DNA of 47,560 nt from Planctomycetia bacterium (GTDB taxonomy: Bacteria > Planctomycetota > Planctomycetia > Pirellulales > UBA1268). Positions 46,482 to 47,560 of this stretch are shown here, in pieces. Each line of letters starts with the position of its first letter. Positions within the stretch are counted from its first letter, which is position 1. The position numbers were made by a program, and so were the translations under genes. A model generated the notes under the pieces. The model saw only the letters and a list, made by a program, of their open reading frames with translations, did no database searches and was not told the origin of the DNA. The stretch lies in assembly GCA_009926295.1 (NCBI GenBank), contig RFPF01000001.1, forward strand, positions 1 through 47,560, read 5' to 3'.

Positions 46482-47560
46482 CTAGCTCGGGCCGCTCACT
46501 CTCGGGCGCAGCACACCGATCCTGAGCGGCGGGGCGAGGCCCGTGGAACCGGGCAGCGTGGACGACGTGCCGCCCGACGGGGCGGTGTTTTTCTTCACGC
46601 CGTTGGTCCGGCCGAACTGGCCCTGGACGCTGAAGATCTGCGACTCGTCGATCGCCGCCGTCCACACGTCGGGCCGCTGGCCGGCCGGGCCGCTGAAGGC
46701 GGCGAACGAGGCGGCCGGGATTTTTCCGATGCCGGAATACGTCTCCACCTTCGAGCCGCCGTTCACGCCGGCCGACACCATGTATTTGTCGGCCACGCCG
46801 GCCGCGACGGGCAGCGCCGCCACCGACACGCCGTTCATGTATCGAGGCGCGATCGGATTGATTGAGTTGACGAGGGCGGGCGTCGCCGGCACGCCGTTGT
46901 AGGTGTTCACGGTTGCCCGGATGCCTGGCCCGCTGCCGACGATGATCTCGGTGATGCCGTCGGGAGCCGGCGACGTGAGTCTCGCGCCCGAGAACGTGCC
47001 GATGTCGGCCGTGGCGAGCGTGACGCCGCCGCGGAACGCGGGGCCGAACGGCTGGAACTGCCGAGACGGCGTGCTCGAAATGCCCGAGCCCAGCGTCACC
47101 GGGAACACGCGGACCAGGTTGCCCCCCTTCTGCTGGCCGGCGACGAGGTCCGTGCTGGTGGCACCGGTCACCGCTCCGGCCGCGATCTCGACGCCATTGG
47201 TGTAGCCTGCGCCGAACGGGAAAAAGTTGTATTGCGGCAGCGGCACGCCGTCGCGGGTGAAGACGCGCACCTCGCCGGGTCGGCCCGGCCCCGGCGCCGT
47301 GATGATCTCGGCGATGCCGTCGCCGGTGACGTCGTAGCCGAACACGTGCGCGCCGCCGCGGAACGTGGGCTCGTAGGCGTAGAACTCCGTCCGGATGGCG
47401 CCCGTGGTGGGGTCGATCACGCGCACCAGCGGCGCGCTCGTGCAGCCGATGTCGGTCCCCAGGATCACGCCCAGTTGCTGCACCGTGATCGTGGCCTGCG
47501 ACGAGTTGTTCGAGTAGTTCGACTCGTAGGTCGCGGTCGAGACCGTCGCCGTGTTGGTGA
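46482..47560 (-). CDS. FG-GAP / VCBS-like repeat protein, C-terminal part (5' end outside window)
   Basis: The frame stays open to the window end (..TYESNYSNNSSQATITVQQLGV..). Repeated blades contain FRGG, DVTGDGIAEIITAPGPG, GGVTLATADIG and ITEIIVGSGPG, typical of FG-GAP integrin-like propellers. Confidence 0.75.
   Translation of the reverse strand, partial: TNTATVSTATYESNYSNNSSQATITVQQLGVILGTDIGCTSAPLVRVIDPTTGAIRTEFYAYEPTFRGGAHVFGYDVTGDGIAEIITAPGPGRPGEVRVFTRDGVPLPQYNFFPFGAGYTNGVEIAAGAVTGATSTDLVAGQQKGGNLVRVFPVTLGSGISSTPSRQFQPFGPAFRGGVTLATADIGTFSGARLTSPAPDGITEIIVGSGPGIRATVNTYNGVPATPALVNSINPIAPRYMNGVSVAALPVAAGVADKYMVSAGVNGGSKVETYSGIGKIPAASFAAFSGPAGQRPDVWTAAIDESQIFSVQGQFGRTNGVKKNTAPSGGTSSTLPGSTGLAPPLRIGVLRPRVSGPS

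Overview
This is a very GC-rich bacterial chromosomal window. Its gene content looks Planctomycetota-like: a PEP-CTERM protein, many GT-B glycosyltransferases, a Ser/Thr kinase, an FHA protein, DUF1844, very large secreted proteins and an FG-GAP protein. That taxonomic call is inference only.

nt 1-27,788 is one large cell-surface glycan/exopolysaccharide locus:
- Nine co-directional, mostly overlap-coupled genes: seven glycosyltransferases (one GT2 is frameshifted), a SAM methyltransferase and a GDP-mannose 3,5-epimerase.
- Two further methyltransferases and a Wzy_C/O-antigen-ligase-like membrane protein.
- Two tandem AsnB-family amidotransferases bracketing a small secreted ORF.
- A co-directional 5-gene unit: PQQ-like beta-propeller, GT4, an ABC exporter with degenerate ATPase motifs, an HlyD adaptor and a TolC-like outer membrane protein.
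- A GT10 (fucosyltransferase-family) enzyme, a secreted SYLF protein and a PEP-CTERM protein.

nt 27,789-47,560 is mostly housekeeping:
- Class I DAHP synthase, pyrG-DUF1844-folD and an MsbA-like ABC exporter followed by a zinc-ribbon ORF.
- A rhaB-like FGGY kinase interrupted by one in-frame TAG.
- An APS/PAPS reductase and a Ser/Thr kinase with a pseudo-receiver tail.
- A 1041-aa secreted protein and an FHA-745aa-cmk-plsC gene string.
- tRNA-Arg(UCG) and a partial FG-GAP protein.

A roughly 400-bp imperfect palindromic repeat element fills the divergent DAHP-synthase/pyrG intergenic region. I saw no CRISPR array, transposase, integrase or recognisable defence gene. Most of the very long ORFs in the track are antisense or out-of-frame shadows, as expected in high-GC DNA.

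The best candidate for something undescribed is the T1SS-like ABC/HlyD/TolC exporter with a catalytically degenerate nucleotide-binding domain. It sits inside a glycan locus that pairs a GDP-mannose 3,5-epimerase with a GT10 enzyme. This is a hypothesis, not a demonstrated system.
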